64,000 nt of DNA from Desulfosudaceae bacterium (GTDB taxonomy: Bacteria; Desulfobacterota; Desulfobacteria; Desulfobacterales; Desulfosudaceae). This document shows, piece by piece, positions 9,759 to 19,800 of this stretch. A program made the translations under genes and the position numbers. Positions within the stretch are counted from its first letter, which is position 1. The number at the start of each line of letters is the position of its first letter. The DNA is taken from assembly GCA_963674745.2 (NCBI GenBank), contig CAXXDV010000003.1, positions 576,001-640,000 on the forward strand. Direction: 5' to 3'. The notes beneath the pieces were generated by a model. That model searched no databases. It was given only the letters and a program-made list of their open reading frames with translations, and was not told where the DNA came from.

Positions 9759-9871
9759 AAGCCCCTCCTTTAATTTTTTTTTGATGTGTTCCCCTACCTC
9801 GTTCCTTTAACGAGGGTTTTATTGAAATTGTTTAAGGCGTTATATGAAAATTGTGCCTATTTTTTATTATT

Positions 9872-9887
9872 ATACAATATATAGTGT
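9872..9887 (-). promoter_or_regulatory. NrdR-box-like palindrome next to a TTGACA -35 hexamer
   Basis: Minus strand ACACTATATATTGTAT versus NrdR consensus acaCwAtATaTwGtgt. Single copy only. Confidence 0.45.
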
Positions 9888-9914
9888 GTCAACCCTTTTT
9901 TTTAAAATTATATA

Positions 9915-12056
9915 TTATTTTTCGACCCTTACGGGCAGGCCGGAAAAAGCGGCATTGCCGCTTACGTCAATTCTCTTGTCATCCGTTATATCGTTTATAT
10001 TGACACCCGGGTTTTTCGCTGCCACGTGCAAAGCCACGCCAGGCCTGTCGTGACCCCATCCATGGGGTATGCTGACAACACCCGGCATGATGCGATCGGT
10101 AACTTCAGCCTCGATGTCGATGCTGCCGATAGTTGATGTCACCCGGACAGAATCACCGGGTTTGATGGACCTGTTTTCCGCGTCTTCGCTGTTGATAATA
10201 AGTGTGCAGCGGTTGGTTTGGTTTTGCATGGACGGGTAGTTGTGGAACCAGGAATTGTTGGACATCAAATTGCGTCGGCTGATCAGCAGCAGATCAAATT
10301 CTTGTGTCGATGTTTTTGGCGCATCCGGTTCCAGGTTGTGCTCGACGGATTTTAATTCGTTTATCAGCAGTTCCGGGGCAAGGTTGATTCTTTTGTCTTT
10401 TGTAAACAGCCGGTCCGGAAGCCTTGATACCAACGGTCCAAGGTCGATACCATGTTCGGCGCGTTTGACTTTTGACAGTGTCAGGCCCGAACCCAGAACG
10501 TTGAACCCCGTACCATGGGGACCAAAGCGCAGCATCAGGCCGAGCAGTCGTTCCGGTTTGGCCTGTCTGATTGCAAAACGGAACAGCGGATTCGAAACGA
10601 ATCGCGCGCTCAGTTCGGAAAGGATCTGCCAGTTGTGGCGTGTGTCCGGACGGGGCTGAAATACCGGTTTCGTATACGCGGCATAATTGCGGGCGCCCGC
10701 CAGGTTGATCATGGTCATGAAGTTGTGGTGTTCCAGGATACAGGTCGGCGGCAAAATGATATGGGCATGGCGGGATGATTCGTGGATGTACCAGTCGATG
10801 GCGACCATGAAGTCCAGGTGCGCCAGGGCCTTGTCCATCAGCCGGCCGTTGGGCGCGGCCACTACCGGGTTGCCGGCAATGGTCAGCAACGCCCTGATGC
10901 GGCCTTCTCCTTCGGTGAGAATTTCTTCGGCCAGAACCGAGCTCGGAAATTCTCCGGCAAAGTTCGGCAATCCGCTGACCCGTGAATGATGCCGGCCCAC
11001 ATAACCCTTTTCATTCCCTTTGGCCGCAAAGTCAACCAGGTCAAGGGCGGGCGTGGGGAACATGTAACCACCGGGTTGATCCATCTTGCCGGTGATGATG
11101 TTAAACGCCAGTATCAGCCAGGTGGACAGGGAGCCGTAAGCCTGAACGCTGGTGCCCATCCGGCCGTAGCACACGGCTTTGTCGGCATTGCAGAATTCCT
11201 TTGCCAATTGACGGATGTCATCGGCGTTGATACCGGTGATAGCGGCGGTCTTTTCCGGTGTAAAATTTTTGACGGCGGTTTTAACCGCATCGATCCCGTC
11301 TGTAAAACCGGCCAGCCGGCCGGGCTTGTCCAGCCCTTCTTCAAAAACGGTGTTGACCAGGGCGGCCAGAAAATAGACATCCGTACCCGGACGGATGAAC
11401 AGGTGCTGATCCGCAAGGGAAGCGGTTCTGGTTTTTACCGGGTCTATTACCACCACCTTGCCCTGTCGTTTCTGAATACGTTTGATCCGCGGGGCAACGC
11501 CCGAGGCGGTCATGATGCTGCCGCCGGACACAACCGGGTTGGCACCGATGACAAGGAAGTAATCGGTCCGGTCGATATCCGGTACCGGGAACAGAAACTG
11601 ATGGCCGAACATCAGGTAGCAGCACATCATCAGCGGCAGCTGATCAAGGGAACTGGAAGAATAGCGGTTTTTTGTTTTCAGGGCTTTTATCAGAAAGCCG
11701 ATATAAAGCATGTTGCCATGATAATGAGCATTGGGATTGCCGAGGAAAGTGGCCAGGGCATTGTCGCCGTATTGGTCGCAGATTTTTTTTATCTGTTGTT
11801 CTGTTTCATCAAAAGCCTGCTGCCAGCTGATCTGCCGCCACTCGTTGCCGAATCGTTTGACCGGGTACTTGAGGCGATCGGGATCGTTGTAGAGATCTTT
11901 AAGAGCGATGGCTTTGGGGCAGATAAAACCGTTGGAAAACGTGTTCTGCCGGTCCCCGCGAATGGACAGGATTTCCTTGTCGCGGATCGTAACTTCAAGC
12001 CCGCACTCTGCTTCGCATACAGGGCAGGTTATGAAATGTTTTATGGTATCCGGCAT
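9915..12056 (-). CDS. Molybdopterin-dependent oxidoreductase (DMSO reductase superfamily), substrate unknown
   Basis: CPVCEAECG...GFICPK Fe-S motif, DPDRLKYP, IGANP, HAHIILPP, C-terminal GVVSIPHGWG. No Tat signal. Confidence 0.9.
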   Translation of the reverse strand: MPDTIKHFITCPVCEAECGLEVTIRDKEILSIRGDRQNTFSNGFICPKAIALKDLYNDPDRLKYPVKRFGNEWRQISWQQAFDETEQQIKKICDQYGDNALATFLGNPNAHYHGNMLYIGFLIKALKTKNRYSSSSLDQLPLMMCCYLMFGHQFLFPVPDIDRTDYFLVIGANPVVSGGSIMTASGVAPRIKRIQKRQGKVVVIDPVKTRTASLADQHLFIRPGTDVYFLAALVNTVFEEGLDKPGRLAGFTDGIDAVKTAVKNFTPEKTAAITGINADDIRQLAKEFCNADKAVCYGRMGTSVQAYGSLSTWLILAFNIITGKMDQPGGYMFPTPALDLVDFAAKGNEKGYVGRHHSRVSGLPNFAGEFPSSVLAEEILTEGEGRIRALLTIAGNPVVAAPNGRLMDKALAHLDFMVAIDWYIHESSRHAHIILPPTCILEHHNFMTMINLAGARNYAAYTKPVFQPRPDTRHNWQILSELSARFVSNPLFRFAIRQAKPERLLGLMLRFGPHGTGFNVLGSGLTLSKVKRAEHGIDLGPLVSRLPDRLFTKDKRINLAPELLINELKSVEHNLEPDAPKTSTQEFDLLLISRRNLMSNNSWFHNYPSMQNQTNRCTLIINSEDAENRSIKPGDSVRVTSTIGSIDIEAEVTDRIMPGVVSIPHGWGHDRPGVALHVAAKNPGVNINDITDDKRIDVSGNAAFSGLPVRVEK

Positions 12057-12120
12057 TATCCCTCACGGTTTAATTTATAACATGATATATGATAATCTCA
12101 AGAAGGTCAAGCGGTTAAAG

Positions 12121-12664
12121 GTGTTTTAGATTATAAAGTTTCAGGTTTTATGGTTTTATGGTTTTAGAGTTTTAAAGTTTTAAGTGTTTATGTGATTAAG
12201 TGGTTATGTGATTATGGGATTATGTGATTAAGGGGCTGTTCGCAAATGTAGTAGGGGCACGGCGTGCCGTGCCCTTTTGTTATGGTTTTAGGGTTTTAAA
12301 GTTTTAAGTGGTTATGTGTTTATGTGATTAAGTGGTTATGTGATTATGGGGCTGTTCGCAAATGCTGTAGGGGCACGGCGTGCCGTGCCCTTTTTGTTAT
12401 GGTTATGAGGTTCAGGGTTCAGGGTTCGCCCGTACATGCGTATGCCTCGGCCCTAAGGGCGACCCGCCGGTCGCCCCTACACAACAGAGGAATGCCACAA
12501 CCATTCACGCAAATGCCTCGGCTGTAGGGGCGACCTGCCGGTCGCCCGGTGAAGGGCAACCACAGGGGGTTGCCCCTACATGGACCAATTCACAATCGGG
12601 CACGGCACGCCTTGCCCCTACATGGACGTGATTTGCAATCGGGCACGGCACGCCGTGCCCCTAC
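12121..12664 (+). repeat. REP cluster (7 hairpins) with 7-8 nt microsatellites
   Basis: Two copies of GGGGCTGTTCGCAAATG..GTAGGGGCACGGCGTGCCGTGCCCTTTT within GTTTTAAA/GTGATTAT tracts, then REPs near 12457, 12524, 12554, 12598 and 12641. Confidence 0.9.
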
Positions 12665-12910
12665 GGGACTGTGCAGGCATGTTTAATTGTCTGGACGGTT
12701 TAATTTTTAAGGGTATTGTGATAACGTTTTTGTTCAAGGGCATCGGGACGAAAAATAATTTTTAACGATGCCCAGTCATCACAAAAAACGCGGTTACCCG
12801 GGGGCTGTAATTCTTTAAACAAAACCAAGGACAGTAATCGTTGTAAATTTTTTTTGGTGTCTGAAGAACCCCGGATTTATCAGTAACCATTTTAAACAAC
12901 AGGTGGCAGA

Positions 12911-14029
12911 TTGAACAGTGTCTACGAAAAGCGGATAGAAGGGATAAGGGCAGGTTTGGTCAAAGCCAATATTGATACGCTGCTGGTGACCAACGCGGAA
13001 AACCGTCGCTACTTGAGCGGCTTTACGGGAGAGGACGGCGGGATAAACGAATCGGCCGGGGCGTTATTGATTACGGCTGACAAACTGGTCCTGGTTACCG
13101 ACTCGCGTTATACGCTGCAGGCGGCGGACGAGGCCGAATCATACCAGATCTGTCAGAACAAACACGGCATGGCCAAAGAGCTGCCGGCGCTGCTCAAGCA
13201 GTTAAACACGCGATGCCTGGGGTTTGAAGCCGAACGCATGCCCCATGCCGAGTATACAAAAATTACCGAAGGCTTGAACAAAGAAGACGCCGCCGTCCGG
13301 ATGACGGCGGTGGATGACTGGCTGGGCAATCTCCGGGTGCGCAAGGCGGCAGAAGAAGTCGATGCCATGCAGCGGGCGCTGATCCTTTCGGAAACCGCTT
13401 TTGAAACGTTTCTGGCCGAAGACTTTAAAACAGGGATAACGGAAAAACAGGCCGCCTGGCTGCTGGAAAAACACATGCGTGAAGCCGGGGCCGAAGGCAT
13501 GGCGTTTCCCGTTATCGCCGCTTTTGGCGACAACAGCGCCCGGCCTCACGCTATCTGCGGTGACCGGCCGTTAAAAGAGGGCGCACCGGTATTGTTCGAC
13601 TGGGGGGCAAAGCTGGACGGTTATTGCGCCGATATTTCCAGGAGCTTTATGTGGGGGCAGGCCGACGACACCTATCGCAAGGTGCATCGCACGGTTTATG
13701 AAGCCCAGCAAATGGCCAAAGAAAAAATTAAACCGGGCATGGCCGCCAGTGAGGTTGACGCCGTGGCCCGGGAGCACATCGACCGGGCGGGTTACAAAGA
13801 CAGGTTCGGTCACGGCCTGGGGCACGGGGTCGGCCTGGCCATCCATGAGCCGCCCCGGGTCAGCCCGCCGAGCGAGGCAACCATTGAAGAAGGCATGGTC
13901 TTTACCGTTGAACCGGCCATCTATCTGCCCGGATGGGGCGGGGTCAGGATCGAGAACATGGTGGTGGTGCGGACCGACGGCGCGGAAACATTGAACCAAA
14001 GTGACGGCAGTATTCCGGAGCGTGTCTGA
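12911..14029 (+). CDS. Xaa-Pro aminopeptidase (M24B)
   Basis: NRRYLSGFTG, DSRY, GYCADISR, HGLGHGVGLAIHE, TVEPAIY, GVRIE. Confidence 0.93.
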   Translation: MNSVYEKRIEGIRAGLVKANIDTLLVTNAENRRYLSGFTGEDGGINESAGALLITADKLVLVTDSRYTLQAADEAESYQICQNKHGMAKELPALLKQLNTRCLGFEAERMPHAEYTKITEGLNKEDAAVRMTAVDDWLGNLRVRKAAEEVDAMQRALILSETAFETFLAEDFKTGITEKQAAWLLEKHMREAGAEGMAFPVIAAFGDNSARPHAICGDRPLKEGAPVLFDWGAKLDGYCADISRSFMWGQADDTYRKVHRTVYEAQQMAKEKIKPGMAASEVDAVAREHIDRAGYKDRFGHGLGHGVGLAIHEPPRVSPPSEATIEEGMVFTVEPAIYLPGWGGVRIENMVVVRTDGAETLNQSDGSIPERV

Positions 14030-14922
14030 TGGACAAGCTTGATGATTACATCGATCAGTACCTGAATTACCTGCTGATTGAAAAAGGGTTGTCGAAAAAC
14101 ACGATGGCCGCTTACAGCAGCGACCTGTCGGCTTACGCCGATTTTTTAAAAAGCAACCGGATCGATTGCGTTTCCGAAGACGACATGGCGGTTGTCCTCA
14201 AGTACCTTATCGATCTCCGGGGCAGCGGCCTGGGAAAACGGTCCCGGGCGCGGCACCTGGTCACGCTGCGGGGCTTTTACAAATACCTGGTTCAGGAAAG
14301 ATTTCTCAAGCAGAACCCGGTGAATATTGTCGATCTTCCCAAGATCGGCTTCAGGCTGCCGGATGTGTTGACGGTCGAGGAAGTGATCGCGCTGCTGGAC
14401 GCGCCCGATATCACCAATCCCAGGGGAAAACGCGATTCAGCCATGCTGGAGCTGCTTTATGCCGCCGGCTTGCGAGTGTCCGAACTGGTCAATGTGGCGG
14501 TCCAGGATGTGAACACCGAAGTGTCTTTTATCCGGGTGTTCGGAAAAGGGGCCAAGGAGCGGCTGATTCCTACCGGCCGGATGGCGGCCGACAAACTCGA
14601 CGATTACATGAAAACCGCCCGGCCGCTGTTGCTCAAAGACCATGTCAGCCGTTTTCTTTTTGTCGCCTGGCGGGGGCAGCCCATGACCCGGCAGGGGTTC
14701 TGGAAGCTGATTAAAAAATACGCCCGCGCTGCCGGTTTGGATAAACGGGTAACCCCTCACTCCCTGCGCCATTCCTTTGCCAGCCATCTGCTTGAAGGCG
14801 GGGCCGACCTGCGGTCTGTCCAGATGATGCTCGGTCACACGGATATTTCAACCACCCAGATTTACACCCATGTGGCTTACGGCCATTTAAAGGAGGTGCA
14901 TTCCCGATTCCATCCAAGATAG
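14029..14922 (+). CDS. xerD: Site-specific tyrosine recombinase XerD
   Basis: EKGLSKNT.AAY..DL, LYAAGLRVSEL, GKGAKER, MTRQGFWK, PHSLRHSFASH, LGHTDISTTQIYTH. Confidence 0.92.
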   Translation: MDKLDDYIDQYLNYLLIEKGLSKNTMAAYSSDLSAYADFLKSNRIDCVSEDDMAVVLKYLIDLRGSGLGKRSRARHLVTLRGFYKYLVQERFLKQNPVNIVDLPKIGFRLPDVLTVEEVIALLDAPDITNPRGKRDSAMLELLYAAGLRVSELVNVAVQDVNTEVSFIRVFGKGAKERLIPTGRMAADKLDDYMKTARPLLLKDHVSRFLFVAWRGQPMTRQGFWKLIKKYARAAGLDKRVTPHSLRHSFASHLLEGGADLRSVQMMLGHTDISTTQIYTHVAYGHLKEVHSRFHPR

Positions 14923-15049
14923 AGCTTGACAATAGACCCAAAAATTTTGAAGATTGACAGATTTAGTAGGAAATAGCCGGGTGGTTTCTTTTTTAACGGC
15001 GGCGCAATCCGCCGGATGTGACGGCCAAATATCGGGGGAGATGGCAGGT

Positions 15050-16711
15050 ATGAATTTTACTTCTGAGAGGCAGTTGTCGCGGGGTTCAAGAATCGGCACA
15101 TGGCGCGACAGCGAAGGGGCATCACCGGAAGAGGGTCAAGAAGCGATAAGATCAGCGCTGTTTTCTGTTTCCAGGCCCGTGTTTCTGGTGGAAAAAGACG
15201 GAGCTGCCGGCGTCGCCACGCAGGGACGGGCGGAATTATCGACGTCAGGACAACCCGGACAGGGATATCCCCTGGTCGGTTACGCGCCGCCTTTGCCGCC
15301 TGAAAATTTCGGGGACCCGTGGTTTAAAAAAATGATCGGCCTGCGTTACCCCTATGTGGGGGGCGCCATGGCCAACGGCATTACCTCGGTTAAAATGGTG
15401 CAGGCCCTGGCCGGGGCGGGCATGGTCGGTTTTTTCGGCGCGGCCGGACTACCGCCGGAAAAGGTGGAAGCGGCCTTAACGGAACTTCAGTCCTCCCTGC
15501 CGGATCTGCCTTTCGGTGTCAATCTTATCCACTCACCGGTTGATGCCTCCCTGGAACAGGCCATTGTTGATTTATACCTGAAAAAACAGGTTCGCCTGAT
15601 CAGCGCTTCGGCTTACATGCGGCTGACACCTTATATTGTTTTATTCCGGGTCAAGGGAATCCATACCGACAGCCAGGGCCGTATCGTGGCGCCCAACCGG
15701 ATTGTGGCCAAGGTCTCCCGGGTTGAAGTGGCGGCCCGGTTTTTTACCCCGCCCCCGGAAAAAATATTAAACGGCCTGGTCCAGCAGGGCCTGATTACAG
15801 ACGAAGAAGCCCGGCTGGCCGAAAACATCCCCATGGCGGACGCCTTGACGGCGGAAGCCGACTCCGGCGGACATACGGACAACCGTCCGGCCCTGTCATT
15901 GCTGCCGACCATGCTGACCCTGCGCGACGAGATATGCGCGCAATACAATTACCCGCAATCCATTCCCGTCGGTCTCGGGGGCGGTATCGCCACGCCCGAA
16001 GCCACTGCCGCCGCCTTTGCCATGGGCGCCGCGTACGTGGTCACCGGCTCGGTCAACCAGGCCTGTGTTGAAGCCGGTGTAACACAGACCGTGCGGAATA
16101 TGCTGGTCTCGGCCGAACAGGCGGATGTGACCATGGCGCCCGCGGCGGACATGTTTGAAATGGGCGGAAAGGTCCAGGTGTTAAAACGCGGTACCATGTT
16201 TGCCATGCGGGCCGCCAAACTTTATGACCTGTATGTCAGGCATAAAAGCTATGACGAGCTGCCGGCCAAAGAAAAAGAGAATATCGAAAAGAATCTTCTG
16301 CGACGCGGGTTTGAAGAAGAGTGGCAGGAGACGCGAAGGTTTTTCGAGATTCGTGATCCCAGGCAGATAGAACGGGCGGAAAAAGACGCCCGGCATAAAA
16401 TGGCCCTGGTTTTCCGTTCTTACCTGGGCCGGTCTTCCATGTGGGGGATTACCGGTGAAGAAGACCGCAAGGTGGATTACCAGATCTGGTGCGGACCGTC
16501 CATGGGCGCGTTTAATGAATGGGCCCGGGGCAGTTTCCTGGAAAAAGCCGAAAATCGTGATGTTACTACCGTGGCCATGAATCTCCTTTTCGGGGCTTCG
16601 GTGGTGTCCCGGTTCGGCTGGATTCAATGCCAGGGCGGGGCTTTACCACCAACAGCAGGCAAGGTGAGGCCCATGCAGTTGGATGAAATCAACAACTGGA
16701 TGGCAAAGTAA
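15050..16711 (+). CDS. pfaD: PfaD-family enoyl reductase
   Basis: GAMANGI, FGVNLIHSP, EADSGGHTDNRP, MAPAADMFEMG, DYQIWCGPSMGAFN. Start 15050 or 15041. Confidence 0.92.
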   Translation: MNFTSERQLSRGSRIGTWRDSEGASPEEGQEAIRSALFSVSRPVFLVEKDGAAGVATQGRAELSTSGQPGQGYPLVGYAPPLPPENFGDPWFKKMIGLRYPYVGGAMANGITSVKMVQALAGAGMVGFFGAAGLPPEKVEAALTELQSSLPDLPFGVNLIHSPVDASLEQAIVDLYLKKQVRLISASAYMRLTPYIVLFRVKGIHTDSQGRIVAPNRIVAKVSRVEVAARFFTPPPEKILNGLVQQGLITDEEARLAENIPMADALTAEADSGGHTDNRPALSLLPTMLTLRDEICAQYNYPQSIPVGLGGGIATPEATAAAFAMGAAYVVTGSVNQACVEAGVTQTVRNMLVSAEQADVTMAPAADMFEMGGKVQVLKRGTMFAMRAAKLYDLYVRHKSYDELPAKEKENIEKNLLRRGFEEEWQETRRFFEIRDPRQIERAEKDARHKMALVFRSYLGRSSMWGITGEEDRKVDYQIWCGPSMGAFNEWARGSFLEKAENRDVTTVAMNLLFGASVVSRFGWIQCQGGALPPTAGKVRPMQLDEINNWMAK

Positions 16712-16821
16712 AAATCCCAACCTCTGCGTTGCGCTTCATCTCTCGGAATTTCACGTACTACATGTACGCTGCATTCCTCGAGATTTGCGACGCCTTGATC
16801 TTGAAATTTTTACTTTGCCAT
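16700..16821. mobile_element. 122-bp MITE-like element with 16-bp perfect terminal inverted repeats
   Basis: ATGGCAAAGTAAAAAT (16700-16715) and ATTTTTACTTTGCCAT (16806-16821), central CGTACTACATGTACG hairpin. Confidence 0.65.
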
Positions 16822-16872
16822 TATAATCATTTCAGGCCAATTATTTAAGGTCATGAAAAAAGTTTTGGGAAG

Positions 16873-19800
16873 GTGAGCCAATTGAAGCAGGCGCGAAATA
16901 ACAAGGATCAAAGCATAGCCATCGTGGGAATGGGCAGCCTGTTCCCGAAATCCGCCAATTTAAAAGAATACTGGCGGCTTCTGGCCCGGGGTGAAGACGC
17001 CATTATCGAAGTGCCTTCCTCGCACTGGTCGACGGTTGATTATTACCGTCAGGACACCAGCGGCGGTGATTACACCTATTGCAAGCGGGGCGGTTTTCTT
17101 TCCCCGACATTGTTTGACCCCACGGAATTTAATATTCCGCCCAATATTCTAGAGGCCACCGATACGTCCCAGCTGTTGGGGCTGGTCGTCACCCGCATGG
17201 CCCTCGAAGATGCCGGCTACGGTGAAGGCGGCCGCAACTGGGACCGGGACGCCACCGGCGTGATTGTCGGTGTGACCGGCACCCAGGAACTGTTGATCCC
17301 CTTGAGTTCCCGGCTGGGCTTTCCCATCTGGCGCAAAGCCCTTGAGAATGCCGGTGTCACACAGGAACAGCTTGATCTGGTCATGGAACAGATATCCGAC
17401 GCTTATGTCGGCTGGCAGGAAAGCTCTTTTCCGGGGCTGCTGGGCAATGTGGTGGCCGGCCGGATCGCCAACCGGTTTGATCTGGGCGGAACCAACTGTG
17501 TCGTGGACGCCGCCTGTGCCAGTTCCCTGGCGGCACTTAACCTGGCCGTCCTGGAATTGATTTCCGGCCGGAGCGATATGATGATTGCCGGCGGCATCGA
17601 TACCCTGAATGATATTTTCATGCATATGTGTTTTGTTAAAACAGCGGTTCTCTCTTTTTCCGGTGACGCCAAACCGTTTTCCAAAAGTGCCGACGGTACG
17701 GTGCTGGGCGAGGGGCTGGGCCTGTTTGTGCTCAAGCGGCTGGAAGACGCCGAAAGGGACAAGGACAAAATATATGCCGTTATCAAAGCCATGGGGACTT
17801 CCAGTGACGGCCGGTCGGCGGGCATATACGCCCCGGTGGCCGCAGGACAGGCAAAAGCCATCCGGCGCACCTATGATTACGCCGGTATTTCACCGACCAG
17901 TGTGGAAATGGTAGAGGCCCACGGCACCGGCACCAGGGTCGGCGACGCGGTTGAGTTTGAAGCCCTGGCCGGATGTTTCAAAGAAGCGGGTGTCGAACAG
18001 GGCAGTTGCGCGCTGGGCTCGGTCAAGTCGATGATCGGTCACACCAAGGCGGCCGCGGGCGCCGCCAGTCTGGCCAAGACGGCCCTGTCCTTATACCACA
18101 AGGCCATTCCCCCCACGCTCAAGGTCGACGAACCGGATCCCAAACTGGGACTCGATCAATCGCCGTTTTACATCAGCACCACCCTGAGACCGTGGTTTTC
18201 CAACCGCAAACACCCCCGCCGGGCGGCCATGAGCTCTTTCGGGTTCGGCGGCAGCAATTATCATCTGGTCCTCGAGGAATACGGGGCCGATAAAATAACA
18301 ACGGCCTGGGACAGCACGGTCGAGATCGTCGCTTTTTCCGGGGCTTCAAAAGCCGACGTCGTCCAGAAACTGGGCGACTTAACCGGCGCGGTGACCGAGG
18401 CCGCGTCCGACATCAGCGGATTTTCTACGATCATTGGCCGGCTTGCCGCTGACGCGCGCCAGAGTTTTAACCCCGGGGATAAACATCGCCTACTGGTGAT
18501 TCTTGATCTCATGAAAGACGATGTGCCGGGTGTATTACAAGGCGCGATCGACACAATTAATTCATCCGAACAACCGATCGTGTCCGGCGATAATCTTTTT
18601 TACGGCATATCGGACCATCCGGACGGACCGGTCGGGAAAACCGCTTTTGTATTTCCGGGCCAGGGCAGCCAGTATGTCTATATGGGACGGGACCTGGCGG
18701 TTGTTTTCCCGGAAGCGCACGAAGCCTTTGAAACAGCCAACAAGCAGTTTGATCATTTCCATGATGCCCCTGAAAAACGCCTGTCGGATCATGTTTTTCC
18801 GGCCGGGTATACCGGTGACCGGAAAAAACCGGCTGAAGAAAACCTGCGCAGCACGGACATCGCGCAACCCGCCATCGGCACGGTCAGCCTGGGGATGGCC
18901 CGGGTGCTGACGCGATTCGGCCTGGCTCCCGACATGGCCTGCGGGCACAGTTTCGGCGAGTTGACAGCACTTTGCCAGGCCGGGTGGATGGATGAAGAGA
19001 CGTTTTTATCCCTGGCCGCCGCCCGTGGAAAATACATGGCCGCGGCCGGCAAAGAACCCGGCGCCATGATGGCGGTCAAAGAAGACCTGGCCCGCATTGA
19101 ATCACTGATCACGGAAAACGATCTGGACCTGGTGCTGGCCAACAGAAACAGTTATGACCAGGGGGTTCTGTCGGGCAAAGAAGATGAAATCGAACGCGCC
19201 CTTGGCATCTGCAAACAGCATAAGATCAGGGCCACCCGCCTGCCGGTGTCGGCCGCCTTTCACACCAGACTGGTCCAGGATGCCGCCAAACCATTTCGCG
19301 ACTATCTGCGGAAGAAAGACCTTGCTGCCACGGATATCGCTGTCTATTCCAATACCACGGCCGGTGCTTATCCCAAAGACAGTGCCGAAATAAAGAAGAT
19401 CCTGGGCGGTCAGATCCTGAATCCGGTAAATTTCGTCCAGGAAGTCGAGCAGATGTATGCCGACGGGGCCCGGATTTTCATGGAGATCGGGCCCAAGTCC
19501 GTCCTGACCGGTCTTGTCAAATCGATATTAAAAGGGCGGGAGTTTCATGCCCTGTCGCTGGATGCTTCCGGCGGCCGTAAGAACGGGTTGGTTGATCTGG
19601 CCAAAACCCTGTGCTTTTTTGCTGCTGCCGGTCACCCCGTTAAACTGGAAAACTGGGAAGAGCGCCCCCCGCAGGCTGCCCGGGAGCAGAAAATGCGGGT
19701 GCCCATCTGTGGGGCCAACTACAGAAAAGAACAACCAAAGAAACCCCGACGCATTGCACCGATTGTACAAAAACCGGTCGCCGCGCCGCCGCCGGTCATA

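Noticed and set aside
9409..9810. Hydrophobic FFLAAV-repeat ORF on the plus strand
   Set aside because: It is the antisense shadow of the Lys/Ala-rich gene, which has the RBS and terminator.
10986..12080. Long antisense ORFs (also 21340-22383, 28735-29589, 57926-59032)
   Set aside because: They lie fully opposite well-supported genes, as expected from GC-rich codon bias, and show no motifs.
14029..14922. Tyrosine recombinase as a prophage or island integrase
   Set aside because: It has XerD-specific motifs and size, is coupled to a housekeeping peptidase, and no att sites or phage genes are seen.
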